Part shown: positions 1 through 11,580 of the stretch, piece by piece
Numbering within the stretch: the first letter of the stretch is position 1
Layout of the letters: each line of letters begins with the position of its first letter
Source of the DNA: Sphaerodactylus townsendi
Taxonomy: Eukaryota
Reading direction: 5' to 3'
DNA: 64,000 bases
Assembly (NCBI RefSeq): GCF_021028975.2
Contig: NC_059425.1
Coordinates: forward strand, 55,862,001 to 55,926,000
Notes under the pieces: generated by a model
What the model was told of the DNA's origin: nothing
Database searches by the model: none
Seen by the model: only the letters and a program-made list of their open reading frames with translations
Program-made: the position numbers and the translations under genes

Positions 1-298
1 CGAAATTAAATTTGAGTCCAAGTTGATGAACAAAATTTTCCAGATGTTGGCTTTCATGAGTCAAAACTGTTGTTGTTAGATACCTGAGCTTACAAAGAAA
101 GTTTTGAGTCAGTCAACCCTATATCCTTAAGGTCCTACTGGACTTGAATTTTGTTCTACTACTACAGACTAATGCAGCTACCCATTTTGATACTATCAGT
201 GCAAAATCAGAAACCAGACCCTGCCAGTTTTAATTGTAGCAACAAATGTGGCTTACATTTAACACCCAGGCAACTATGGCTCCAAGGATTTAACAATG

Positions 299-360
299 CA
301 TATGACAGGGAAAGGAATACTACAGAGGACATATGACAGGGAAAGGAATACTACTGAGGA
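299..360. repeat. 31-bp tandem duplication
   Basis: CATATGACAGGGAAAGGAATACTAC(A/T)GAGGA x2. Confidence 0.9.
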
Positions 361-652
361 CAGTTCCACTCAGCCTAGAATACAGAATCTCTCTTTGCTT
401 CCCTATCCAACCATCTGCTTCATGCAACTACCATTTGGGAGGGTGGAAGATGAAAATTTTTAAAAGAGGGTTGCTATTATTTAGAACTGATTTTGGAAAA
501 ATGAACTCCTCTTAAAGTACATAACACAATGTAACAAAAAACTAGTCTTAGAGAGAGGACAGAAAACTTGTCATAGTAAAGTATGAACATAAAAACTAAC
601 AGCGAAAGAAGTTTCAGTGCTTTTTGTTAAGCATTGGATAAAGTGTACATAC

Positions 653-699
653 CTTGAATCATTTCACTGATTTTGTTACATATCCCTCCAGCAAAATCT
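653..699 (-). CDS. INTS7: INTS7 coding exon 5 (gene continues beyond the left window edge)
   Basis: DFAGGICNKISEMIQ(G). Acceptor GGCAG, donor GTATGT, 47 nt. Confidence 0.95.
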
Positions 700-941
700 C
701 TGCCAAAAAGAAATAGGAAAAAAGATCAGTCAGATCCCCTGAAATAAAAAAGGATTGGAAAGTCTAATACTGTTTTTATGCCTTTACCTGTGAGGCTAAC
801 TAAGCAGTTACAGTTTGTCCATGTAATTACATCTAAGAAATATTAGTTGTATTAAGTACAGTATGGAAAATGATAAACAAAAGAGTCAAAGCAACAGAAA
901 AGAGTAGCCTACAACAGAAGCAACACTGAAGTTCTGCTTAC

Positions 942-1079
942 TTGGATTGAGCAGAAAAATTAGCTGCAGCAAAAACAGCAGCTTCAACCTCAACATTGTC
1001 ATGGGAATCCAGACTCTGGCGAATACTGTGATGTGCATTCTTTCTTTCTGGGATTATGGATGCCATACTCCCCAACATC
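942..1079 (-). CDS. INTS7: INTS7 coding exon 4
   Basis: MLGSMASIIPERKNAHHSIRQSLDSHDNVEVEAAVFAAANFSAQSK. Acceptor CCAG, donor GTAAGC, 138 nt. Confidence 0.97.
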
Positions 1080-1295
1080 CTGGACAATCAAAAAAGAAAC
1101 AAAAAATAAGCCTACCAAATTGCAGAACTGACTCCCCCAATCTTTTAAGATAATCCACAATTTTGGAGGCGATGTTCACAGAGATGTGAACTAACAGAAC
1201 AACTGAGACACATGAATGGGCAAACCCAAATCTTGTTGTTGACAGTACTCTCAATAAATTTAGTGGGCCAATTCTTGCCCACTAAATCTACCTAC

Positions 1296-1442
1296 CTGAG
1301 CGTGATTGCTCGAGCAACTGGATCATTGCTGTGAATAACTGAGAAAACTCGTTTCACAAACTCATCTACGTTGAGGATTTTTTCCAAGTGCTTTTCACTC
1401 TGCTGAGTTACTTTCAGAACACAGAGACGCAGGAAGTTGTTT
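1296..1442 (-). CDS. INTS7: INTS7 coding exon 3
   Basis: NNFLRLCVLKVTQQSEKHLEKILNVDEFVKRVFSVIHSNDPVARAITLR. Acceptor TACAG, donor GTAGGT, 147 nt. Confidence 0.97.
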
Positions 1443-2102
1443 CTGTATTAACAGATATTAAAATAGTGCTGTTATTCATTACCATATTAGATGACATCAT
1501 GAAGAAATGTACCAGTTTTCCATCAAATCTACATCTCACTTTGCCTTGCTCTTTTTATCCACACGCATATAGTCCAATGAGAATTAACTCAATTAATGTC
1601 ATTGTTTCATTAATAGAGTTATGTACAGGGTAATGAACAACCAATTCAGGATATTTATGACCATGAATTGCTAAAGTGAAGTATTTCTTTGCTTACATCT
1701 CAAAACCCTAATTAATTTTTTTCTTTATTTTGCTTAGTTTTAGAACCCTCTAGTCTCCTATCTTAGTTTTTTGACATTCCATATGGTTTTCTGCTTATAA
1801 GATGGATCAGTTCTCAGATTTTGAAAGATAATTTGAAGGCACAGATCTCATATAAAGATGAAGCTGCTATTTAGAACAGCGAAGACCCTCATTTATTGTA
1901 AGTTGCCTTGAATTAAGTGGAAATATGGGATATAAATGTTTTAATTAATTAATGCCACTTCTGCTTTGAAGTAAAAATCCAAATCAACTGGTTTTAATGT
2001 GTATCAATCAACAAACTGCTTTTAGAAAGTCTCTAGGCAGCAGAAACTAAGACAAACTATTGCTTCAATACTAGAAATCAGAAAAGTCCCAATTCTACTT
2101 AC

Positions 2103-2232
2103 CCAACTCTGAAAACATCAGCTAGTTTTAGAAATGCAGAGTTAATTAGAATTGGAAATGGATATTTCTGAAAGAGTCTGGGGAAACGAACAACAGCTTC
2201 ACACTGCTCCCCTAGTTTACCAGATCGCAGTC
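2103..2232 (-). CDS. INTS7: INTS7 coding exon 2
   Basis: GLRSGKLGEQCEAVVRFPRLFQKYPFPILINSAFLKLADVFRVG. Acceptor TTCAG, donor GTAAGT, 130 nt, phase consistent. Confidence 0.97.
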
Positions 2233-2689
2233 CTGAAGGAAGAAATAATATTAGCACAATTATTCTGGCATGCACAGAAGCAAGAAATATTATGTGGGAC
2301 CTATACAATGATATACAGAATACAAGAATGCCCATATTATTTGGACAGACAAGAAATTTAGACAGCAACACATTGTTTTTTAAAAATATAGAGCACGATT
2401 CATTTATGACTGCAATTCTCCAAGTTCCACTGAGGACCTACCTACTTGTCTCTTCCTCTGAACTCAGCCATAACTTCATCACCTTCCCACAGACAGCATT
2501 TCCTTATACTCATTGCTGACTGTCTGGTACCTGTTTGGAATGCAGGATGGTCTTTGCTACTAAAAACCATGGCATTGTCCTCTATGAACACTTACAGTGA
2601 TCAGTAGGTTAATTACAGAAGAAAGATCCAACCTGCTGCTCACAGGTAGTCATAATCTTAGACTACAAATAAACTGGGTTTTTAAAAAA

Positions 2690-2880
2690 TGTTTGCTGCC
2701 TTATGGCAACCAAGTAGAATATTCAAGGAAAGAGATGAACAGAAGTAGTGTGTCATTGTCTGCCCCAGTATAGGAGTCCTGGACCTCCTGGATGTCTCCC
2801 ATCCAAATACTAACCAGGGCTGACTCAGCTTACTGAGGTCTGAGGAGATCTGGCTAGTCTAGGCTATCTAAGTCAGAGGT
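2690..2880 (-). mobile_element. Degenerate 5S rRNA-derived SINE with RTE/BovB-type tail
   Basis: TCTCCCCATCCAAATACTAACCAGGGCTGACTCAGCTTA...GAGATCT resembles the reverse complement of 5S rRNA. A related decayed copy lies at about 6835-6995. Confidence 0.7.
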
Positions 2881-3520
2881 TTTATTGTCTAGGGTGGGTT
2901 TTTCTAACCAGCGATTGGCAAAGATGTAGCTGTGACTGCAAGATTACTTAAAAATAGTTCAATAGAACACTTAAAGTCTGAGTGTATTAGAAAACACATG
3001 CCCAATGGGGAATGGGTGGGGTGGAGATGCGAGAAATAAATAAATAAATGCATGCACAAACAATCCAGGTACAGAAACCAGAGAGCTGAGAGTGGCTGCC
3101 ACTTCACATGGAGCGAATGCTTAAGGAACAAACTTGAGTTTATTGTTCAGAATCTGAACAACAATCACAAAGTATACCAAGTATTACAAACATGTAATTC
3201 TGGCTGTTTTTGCGTGTAGAACACGTCCATAGGATAATGATGAACAAAGGAACACGTTTCTAAACATTTACATTAAGAACTGGCTTTCTCTGTCTCTCTT
3301 CCAAAAGTAACTGCTGAGTGAACAACAGAGCACTATATCACATTCCAACACATAAACAGAGTTGTCATTAAAAAAAATTGCTGTGCTGGGGATTAGGAAA
3401 CCTGCGTATACAAAGCTCGTATGGCATACAAGCTGTAGGAAGATGGAGAATTACATAAGATTGAGTGAAGCATCCAACCCAATATGGGAAACTGTCTGTT
3501 TAATCCTGAAGGTACTAAAG

Positions 3521-3879
3521 CAGTGATGGCGAACCTTTTCGAGACCGAGTGCCCAAATTGCAACCCAAAACCCACTTATATATCGCAAAGTGCCAACATG
3601 GCAATTTAACCTGAATACTGAGGTTTTAGTTTAGAAAAAACGGTTTGCTCCAAGGCACATGTTACTCAGGAGTAAGCTTAGTGAAGCAACCATGCAATGC
3701 TTCGAATGGGTGAATCACAACCCTAGGAGGGTTTACTCAGAAGCAAGGCCAGTCTAGATGTGTGTGTGTGGGAGGGGGTGATTTTCCGCTCCCCCTATAT
3801 GACGAACTGTGTGCGCGTGCCCACAGAGAGGGCTCTGGGTGCCACATCTGGCACGCATGCCATAGGTTCGCCACCACTG
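3521..3879. mobile_element. Non-autonomous hAT-type DNA transposon (short derivative)
   Basis: TIRs CAGTGATGGCGAACCT / AGGTTCGCCACCACTG. Exact 8-bp TSD TACTAAAG at 3513-3520 and 3880-3887. Confidence 0.92.
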
Positions 3880-4992
3880 TACTAAAGTATGCCTAATTTT
3901 CTTTCCAAAGGAACAGATCAACAGATTCAAAATAGTACGCAAAAATCACTGAATCCCAAAGGGTAACTTTCATTCTGATGGGAAGCCAGACATCTGCTCT
4001 TATGCATTCCTCTTCCCTACTCCTCAATAAGCAATTGTTTAGTTAACTACAGAGCACCAAATTTTCTTTTGACATTTAGGGAGAGTTGCCAACTGTCAAG
4101 AAAATGTGATCTAATCTGCACAAGGGTGGGCAGGCAGAGGTATTTAACAGCATTCAGAATGTGTGACAGCCAGAAACCAGCCAGAAAAGAATGTGTGACA
4201 GCCAGAAACCAGAAAAGTGTATTTTCAAAGCAGAATAATCATTATCACCTGCTATTCCTGCAAATTAACACGCAGTACGAGTACGAGTCCCACTTATAGC
4301 TGTTACAAATTGAAAAATCAACAACTTTATATACACAGATTGCTAACTATTCTTCAAAAAATCTTTGTTTCCTCCAATTCACCATAATACAATTTATTAG
4401 GAACATTGTACTATCATCTTATACCTGCACTAATTGTAATCACCTTCATTTACGATCCAGCTCTTATCACAACGCGTTTTTGCATTTATTTATTTTTTAA
4501 CTTTTTGCACACCGGGATGCTCCCTAAGTATGTACGGAAACCACACAGCACCCAAATATGTACGGAAAGTTGGAAGCACACTCCTATCAGTAAAAAATCG
4601 GCAATCTAACACAGAAGAGAGGAGATGGGGAAATCAGTCAACCCCCTGACCGCTCACTGAATCCTGCAGCAAACACGGATCACTCTTCCCTTCCTCGAGG
4701 GCCCCGTACCTTAAGACTGAAGTTACTTAGTAGGTCCGGATAATCTTCACACAAACTTAGATTGCTTTTCAAATTGTTGCATGCCTGCGTCATTCGGGAA
4801 CCTACTCTCAACTGAGAAACCAAGAACAACCGAGATGAGCGCAGGAAACCCTGCGCGAGCTCCCAGCGATCCCAACTGAGCAGCTCCCAGAGCGCATCTG
4901 GCGCTTCAAAGCAAAGAGGCGGCGGTTTCCATCGGAACTGGGCGAAGACAGCCCACAGGCGCCTGCGTTCACTGCTCACGTTATAGCCGTAC

Positions 4993-5083
4993 CTTTATCC
5001 AATTCCATGAGGGCAGAGTTGGCGTCCAGCTCTTGCTCCCCATAGCCAGCATCAGCCAGGAAAGATTTGGAAGCGGACGCCAT
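4993..5083 (-). CDS. INTS7: Integrator complex subunit 7, coding exon 1
   Basis: Minus strand reads MASASKSFLADAGYGEQELDANSALMELDK(G), matching the recalled INTS7 N-terminus. Kozak-like GGCGGCATGG, donor GTACGG, 91 nt. Confidence 0.97.
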
Positions 5084-5551
5084 GCCGCCCTTTGTTAACC
5101 AGAAGCTTCTGACAAGGGAAGGGAATGGTGATCACCGGTGTGCGCGTGCTCTCTCTGTCTCGTCCGTACCGTGGGGGACAGCGCATGTGCGGGCGCCATA
5201 GTACTGTCAGCACCTGCGTATTTGCACTTTTTACAATACGCCCCTTGGATGATGCGCCTGCGTATTGTAGGGATCGCTGTTACGGGAGGGAAAAAGGGAG
5301 ACAAATTGTAGGTGTGGTCATGCTAATTTAATTACCCGGCGGAGGAGATGCGGGTGTGGCCCCCACCGCCTTTTCGGAAGGAAGGGACCAATGGGAAGAC
5401 AGAAGAGGCGGGGCTTTGAGCGCGCCTGCCCAATGATTGGGCGAGTCCGCTTTGGCGGGAGTTCGCTTTAGGGCAGCTGCGGCTGATTCCTGGCGGGTGC
5501 CGCGTGAGCAGAGAGCGGCGCTTTGGTGTTTGCTTGAGCTGCGTGGTACAG
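5084..5551. promoter_or_regulatory. Bidirectional CpG-rich promoter of INTS7/DTL
   Basis: 468 bp separate the divergent ATGs, inside a CpG-rich stretch (about 4650-5700). CCAAT at 5388, CCAAT/ATTGG pair at 5430-5440, GC box GAGGCGGGGC at 5405-5414, E2F-type TTTGGCGGGA at 5451-5460 and CTGGCGGG near 5490. Confidence 0.88.
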
Positions 5552-5597
5552 ATGTTGTGTCGCTCTCTTATTCACCGGTCCCGGGCCGGACCCCCTG
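5552..5597 (+). CDS. DTL: Denticleless E3 ubiquitin ligase adaptor (CDT2), coding exon 1
   Basis: MLCRSLIHRSRAGPP(G), donor GTGAGT, phase 1 matches exon 2. Sequence is divergent but position fits. Confidence 0.85.
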
Positions 5598-7649
5598 GTG
5601 AGTGCTGCTGCTTTTCTCTCTCGGAGCCGTTTTCTCTTCGCTTAATTCCCCCCCCCCCCGCCCGTTTCACTGACGGGGGCCTTGAACAGAATCTGGCCCT
5701 TCTGAAGCACAGGGAGTCCTTGTTTCCTTTGTCTTCTTCCAACTGTTTAACCGATCTTTGGGGTGCCAGGCATCTCGAGCCAGGATCCAGCCTGAAATCC
5801 TATGCCTGCTTCCAACTTCAACACAAGCAGTGGTTCAGGTTTTACAAACCTGGCCCTTGGCTTAATCTCTCTGACCCTTTCCCCAGAGAGTTTACTGACT
5901 ACAAGGGGAGGGTTATATGGAGATAAAATAAGAAATCTTTTCTTTCTTGTTACACATCTACATTATTGTACATTTTGGTACCTATCTGCTGTCTCATGCT
6001 GGTGTGAAAGCAGAAACGGAGTTAACTTTATAACTTCAGATGCACATGCTCACTAACATGTACGCAATGGCTGCCTCACTGAACAATAGCTAATAATAGA
6101 TCAGGTAATAAATAGTGACTTCAGTTACTTGTTTACATACAGACCGTTAACCCTTTTATAACTGAGTTGTGACAGACACATATAAAATCCCAACAGTGTC
6201 TTTCTTCAGGCAAAGCAATGACAACCTGCTGATGGATTTTTGCTCTTGTGTATAAACTGGTTTATGGGTCCTTTTGAGACCATTTCAGAACTTTTACACA
6301 TTGGGTAAATTGCTGGGAGGGAGAATGGGGCTCATGTGACTAAGCAGTTAACTCAAATCTAGCTGAAACAAATATTCAGAAACTCAGATACTTTGAGGAG
6401 GGAGTATTGGGTGAGATTAGAAGAGCCTGCAGTAAAGCTTGTTCAAAATGGGGGATGGAACCTGCCCGCCCACCCCTCTACCGCAGCTCCTTGGATTCCA
6501 ACACATTTGCTGCCTGTCTGGTCATAGCATGAATGGTGAAACCTATACCATTTTTTAAGGGTAATTCTTCTAAATTACTATTCAGTGCTAGAATAACATG
6601 TTGTGTAGGAAGTATAGCTGTAAAATATTTTACCTGGGGTCTGTACAAAGATTAGACAACTAGTACTTAAGCAGACACACTTTTCATTTCTCTTCAATAT
6701 GCAGATAAGTTGGAGGGTATAAAAATTGGGGAAGCAGGCATAATGATGATGATGATTAATGCTGTCTCTTCACCTGAGTTTGCAGAGTAAAAATCTTTTG
6801 TTCCAGCCGATATAATCTAACAAACTCAAACTTTTTTTTTTGCTATCAGGTGGCTGATTTATGGAAACCCCATTGGGTTTTCAAGGCAAAAGACATTCAG
6901 AGGTAGTTTGCTGCTGCTTGCTCTGCTTTCAAGCCTGAACCTCCTTGATTTGCTCCTATACAAACACTAACAACTGCCCCTGCTTAGCTTTTGAAAACAC
7001 AACTCATTTAAAATTGGCAGTAAAACACAGCAGTAGCTTAAATTAACAAAAATATTCAACTACCATATAAATTGAAACCAACACCAAAGATCAAAAGGGG
7101 GAGAGTGAATCAAACACTAATTATTTTAAAGGAAGCTGAAGTGCTGTTCTCACATGTGTACTTAAGTTCCATGTGGTGGCATTTAATGTGGTGCAAATAC
7201 ATGTGCTCTGAAGGCACTTACTTTCAGTAGTACTGTTAAAACAATCAGTGATATTGAAAAGTGGATGTTGTTGGGGAATGAAATATGTGTGCTGTTTTTC
7301 TGTATCATTATAATGCATTTGGAGTTATTATGCCCATCTTGGCTATTTTGCCTAGTGGTTTGGCAGATTTGTTCCCCTTGATTTTTGCTGGGGTAACATC
7401 TTTACTATTTGTCGACTTTTAAAAAGTAGCCATTAATGTTAGAGTTTGTCTGTTGAATTATTTTTAATTCACAGCATTTTTCTGCACCTTTGCAACATAT
7501 CTTTTGGCTGTATAGTGCCACTGGCTATGCAGTAAAACTTGAACAAAAGTGATTACTGTGGTGTTTTGCAAAGTTGCTTGCTACTTAATTGTTTGAAAAA
7601 GATAATGATTAAATATTAAATTCAGAATGAGGTCTCTTTCATTTTTTAG

Positions 7650-7775
7650 GTCCACCGGTACAGTTTCCTCTCTACCATCTCTTAAACAGTTATCAGTGTG
7701 TTAGATCAGATGATCATCCCTGCTATGGAGAAATGGAAATGCTTGTTCCTCCTTTTGGCTGCACCTTTTCAACTG
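7650..7775 (+). CDS. DTL: DTL coding exon 2
   Basis: PPVQFPLYHLLNSYQCVRSDDHPCYGEMEMLVPPFGCTFST. Acceptor TTTTAG, donor GTAAGG, 126 nt. Confidence 0.96.
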
Positions 7776-8656
7776 GTAAGGGCAGAGGCTCAGCTGTCAG
7801 CTATCTTTTCTTTAGAGTAATGATGACATATACCCATATAGGTAATAATTAGCCTCTTTATCAATAACTTAGGATGAACAAAGAGTGAGAAGTAGTATAT
7901 ATTATGAACAGAGTACTGCCATCTAAATTGATGGATATCTATTTATTTATTTTATTTATTAAATTTATAGGCCGCCTCATCCCCGAAGGGCTCGAAGTGA
8001 CTTTGACATGGTGGATATATCATTAAGGGCTGTAGAAATGTGATTCAGGACGTGCTTGAATTCTGTCAAATGCAATATGGGTTTTAGCTGATGTGTGGTC
8101 TCACACATGGAATGAATTGCTGAATCCCTGGAAGTGCTCACCATTTGTTTCTCAATTCTCTGTTAGCTTCTTTGTTTAACTGTGTTACTAGATCACTATG
8201 TGAAGCAAACTGAGTTATGATTAACAAATAACTAACCACAAAGAAGTGGCTAAGAGCAGTCATATAAACAGGAAGTTTGTGTTTGTAAAACTCAATACAT
8301 TTTTAATACTTATAGACGAGACCAAATAGTATACTATCAAATGCATGTAAAGTATTGTTGTTGACATTCAGAGACTTGGTAATCTTACATGTTTACAAGG
8401 CTCAGTTTGAATGTTGTGACTTAGCATAGTGCAAATACATTGTCTATTTTGTTAAACGTTATGATTTGCAGTGCATTCTGAAACTGAGTTAAATTCTTTT
8501 GAGTCCATTAACTTCAGTGTACTTAGAAAATAAGACATTTGTACTTGGGCTGCACTATGTGCATTGAAACCTTTTATCAACACGTTGCTAATAAATAAAT
8601 ATTAAGCTTTAAAGTAAGTTTTAAATTACACGTACATTTTATTGAACTTTTTCCAG

Positions 8657-8755
8657 CTCCAGACTTGCAGCACATCCTTGCAGTTGCAAATGAAGAGGGA
8701 TTTGTTAGGCTGTATAATACCCAAACACAAGAAAGGGACAAGCAGATTATTAGAG
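8657..8755 (+). CDS. DTL: DTL coding exon 3
   Basis: APDLQHILAVANEEGFVRLYNTQTQERDKQIIR. Acceptor TTCCAG, donor GTAAAT, 99 nt. Confidence 0.96.
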
Positions 8756-9363
8756 GTAAATGGAACCTTTGACCTTGATATGAAATGTAATATGAATTGT
8801 TGGAGAAAAGCAAATGCAATGAGACACTTATTGTGAGTTGGCCATTTATAATAACTGGCCATTTGTATGACTAAGAACTCAACACAGATATTGTTCAAAA
8901 AGCTGCAATGAAACCGATAATTATAATACATTTTAATCAACGTATGGCTTGTTCTTGCCCTGCAAACTAGGATTATGAGCCGTGGTTTTTACAAGTCATT
9001 CATGTTCTGCCAAATCATGGTTGGGTCTTATGCCAGGCAGCCCAATCCAGAGCCCTGGGACAGCCAGGGACGGCACCGTCCCATTGACCCAGAGAGCTTT
9101 TCGGAGGTGCAGAGAGGCAAAATACAAAAAAAGACTATTCCTGCCACCAAAAAGTCCTTAATTGGGCTTAATGAGCTTACACCACCCAAAAGGGTGAGTC
9201 CAGGCACCGGCATCCCATGAGGCAAAGCTGGGGTGAAAGCCAATTAAGGTCAGCTCCACCCCCTGCTACACCTCTGGAATTTCCCCGCTGATCCAACAGG
9301 GATGCAGGAGTGCTGGCACAGTGCTTTGCATCACATCTGACTGTCATGGAGGGCCATGTAGCT

Positions 9364-9594
9364 ACAGGAGGTGGTGATGGCCACTAACCTGGATAGCTTT
9401 AAAAGGGGCTTGGACAGATTTATGGAGAAGTCGATCTATGGCTACCAATCTTGATCCTTGGGAGCAACACCACCAGCAGCCATTGCTTTCACATCTTGCA
9501 TGTGAGCTCCCAAAGGCACCTGGTGGGCCACTGCGAGGAGCAGAGTGCTGAACTAGATGGACTCTGGTCTGATCCAGCAGGTTCTTTCTTATGT
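9364..9594 (+). mobile_element. 5'-truncated CR1 3' end, same family as the long CR1 in DTL intron 11
   Basis: Near-identical to 30802-31080 apart from an internal deletion. Ends in TTCTTATGT. Confidence 0.9.
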
Positions 9595-10196
9595 CAGCCA
9601 CCTGCCAGCAGATTTGCCATTCTGCCCGGTAGTGCCCCAGGGAGGACAAATCTGCCAAAGCAGGACCTCGATGCCCCCACAACTTCCTCTCTCCACCCTG
9701 GATTTGGCCGTAAGCCATACAGAATTTATCATGTCCTTTGTGGTTGGACAGGCCTTGCCAGTGCTGGTTTCTGGACCACTGGGAGGAAGAAAATGAGCCT
9801 GCCAATTTGGGTCTCCAGCTGCTAGATCTGATCAAGCTCCTTTTCTTCCACTCCCTACTTTTCTCAAGGTATACCACCACCATATCAATTCCTGGAACTC
9901 CATCTAGGTTCCTGTCAAATTTAGCATCTTTAAATATATATCTCCCTCACTCTGCAAACTGCTGCAGTGGGCTCTCATCTCTTATAAGTCAATTGAAAGC
10001 ACACACTGCTTTGGCAAACACAAGACACTGAGCAAGGGTGAAAGAAATTAGAGTAAATTCACATTCTCTTTCTCTGGCACTATAGGTACTTCTTAAGGTA
10101 TGGAGTAAATGACGCTTATTCATTTTAATTTCTTTTGGGACACTCCCCCTCCCATAATCTACCAACCCTACTATTACCAAAGGTATCTGAAAAAGA

Positions 10197-10528
10197 GTGT
10201 TGTGGGTTTTATGGTCTATATGGGCGTGTTCCAGTAGCATTTTCTCTTGACATTTCGCCTGCATCTGTGGCTGGCATCTTCAGAGGATCTGCATGTCCAA
10301 TTGTGGACATGCAGCAATATCCATTCTCAAAGCCTCTCATGCCTCATCAGCTGTTTTGCATGCCTTCCCAAGCTCCACACAGCAAGGAGAATTGCCATCA
10401 GGTCCTCTGAAGATTCCACCCATAGATGCAGGCGAAACATCAGGCGAAAATACTACTGGAACACGCCCATACAGCCTGGAAAACCCACAACATCCTAGTG
10501 ATTCCAGCCATGAAACCCTTAGACAATA
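10197..10528. mobile_element. Penelope-like element fragments in inverted orientation, each with a hammerhead-ribozyme core
   Basis: 10197-10291 is an inverted copy of 10399-10495. Both carry CTGAAGA-stem-GAAA-N-RTC. The right copy ends GTGATTCCAGCCATGAAACCCTTAGACAATA, like recalled squamate Penelope ends. Confidence 0.75.
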
Positions 10529-11028
10529 TCTGAAAAAGCTTTGAGTCCAGTAGAACCTTTAAGTTTTGTAAAACTTTGTTGGTCTTAAAGAGCCACTAGA
10601 CTGGAAACCTTTTTCTGCTGTTTCAGACCAACACAACTAATCACCTGATCCCTACTGAAAATATGCGTAAAAATGTTTTATTCAACTAGCTCCAGTGTTT
10701 CTGCCTCACCAGTTGAGTGTGATGCCTCCCTGTCTTTTTGTAGTGTTTCTATGATATTGAGTGGCTCTGCACCTTAACTTCTTTTACAGTTGTGAATTTT
10801 ACAGCTTTACTTCTTCAGACAAGCAGAGCTTTGCACAGCCTCTGTGTGTACAGAGCAAGGTTATAAATTTAGATACCAAACTCCAGTGGTGGAAGACATT
10901 TTACCATGCCACAGCCTTACTACTTTGCTATCCAGGTGAAGGAAATAGCTGCCATTTTGGTCTGTGCATTTCATCAGGCCTGCAGCTACAGTAGCTAGAG
11001 CAAATGAGTTCTTTCATTTTCTTTCCAG

Positions 11029-11090
11029 AGTGGCAAGCTCACTCCAATGCTGTTTTTGATCTGACCTGGGTGCCCAGAGAACACAAAATT
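11029..11090 (+). CDS. DTL: DTL coding exon 4
   Basis: EWQAHSNAVFDLTWVPREHKI. Acceptor TTCCAG, donor GTAAGT, 62 nt. Confidence 0.96.
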
Positions 11091-11459
11091 GTAAGTAGCT
11101 TTAGAACTATCTGTTAATCTATTGATTCTTTTCATTAAATATAGTAACAGAGGTTAGACTGGAGTTATCCCCTTTTGTACTTTGGCAAGACCACTAGTAG
11201 CTCTAATATGTTAACAACAGGAGAAGTTTAGATTTGAATCTTAAGACTGTCTTTGAGTACGTTATGAGAGCAATGATCTTACATCTTCGTAACTCACTTA
11301 TACACCTGGCACTACCTCAGTTTCTTTCATGTGTTTCGACCATACTTTGGTCTACTGAAGCTCATAGTACAGTAAGCTAGTTACAAAAGTGCCAGTGGAA
11401 CTTTTTTTACCACTTCTCCCACAAAAAACAAACTCTCTTTTGCATTTATTTCCCTGAAG

Positions 11460-11580
11460 GTTACTGTTTCAGGAGATCAAACAGCTAAAGTATGGGATGC
11501 AAGGACTGCTGAGCTCCTTGGAGTGTGTCGAGGACATCAGTGCAGCCTCAAGTCTGTTGCTTTTTCCAAATTTGAGAGTG
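11460..11580 (+). CDS. DTL: DTL coding exon 5
   Basis: VTVSGDQTAKVWDARTAELLGVCRGHQCSLKSVAFSKFES, WD40 sequence. Acceptor GAAG, donor GTAAGT, 121 nt. Confidence 0.96.

Noticed and set aside
2785-2880. 5S rRNA gene
   Set aside because: Heavily diverged and fused to a LINE-type tail, so it is a SINE head.
5504-5926. 140-aa ORF at the DTL start
   Set aside because: It is exon 1 read through into intron 1, starting from a GTG. Only 5552-5597 is coding.
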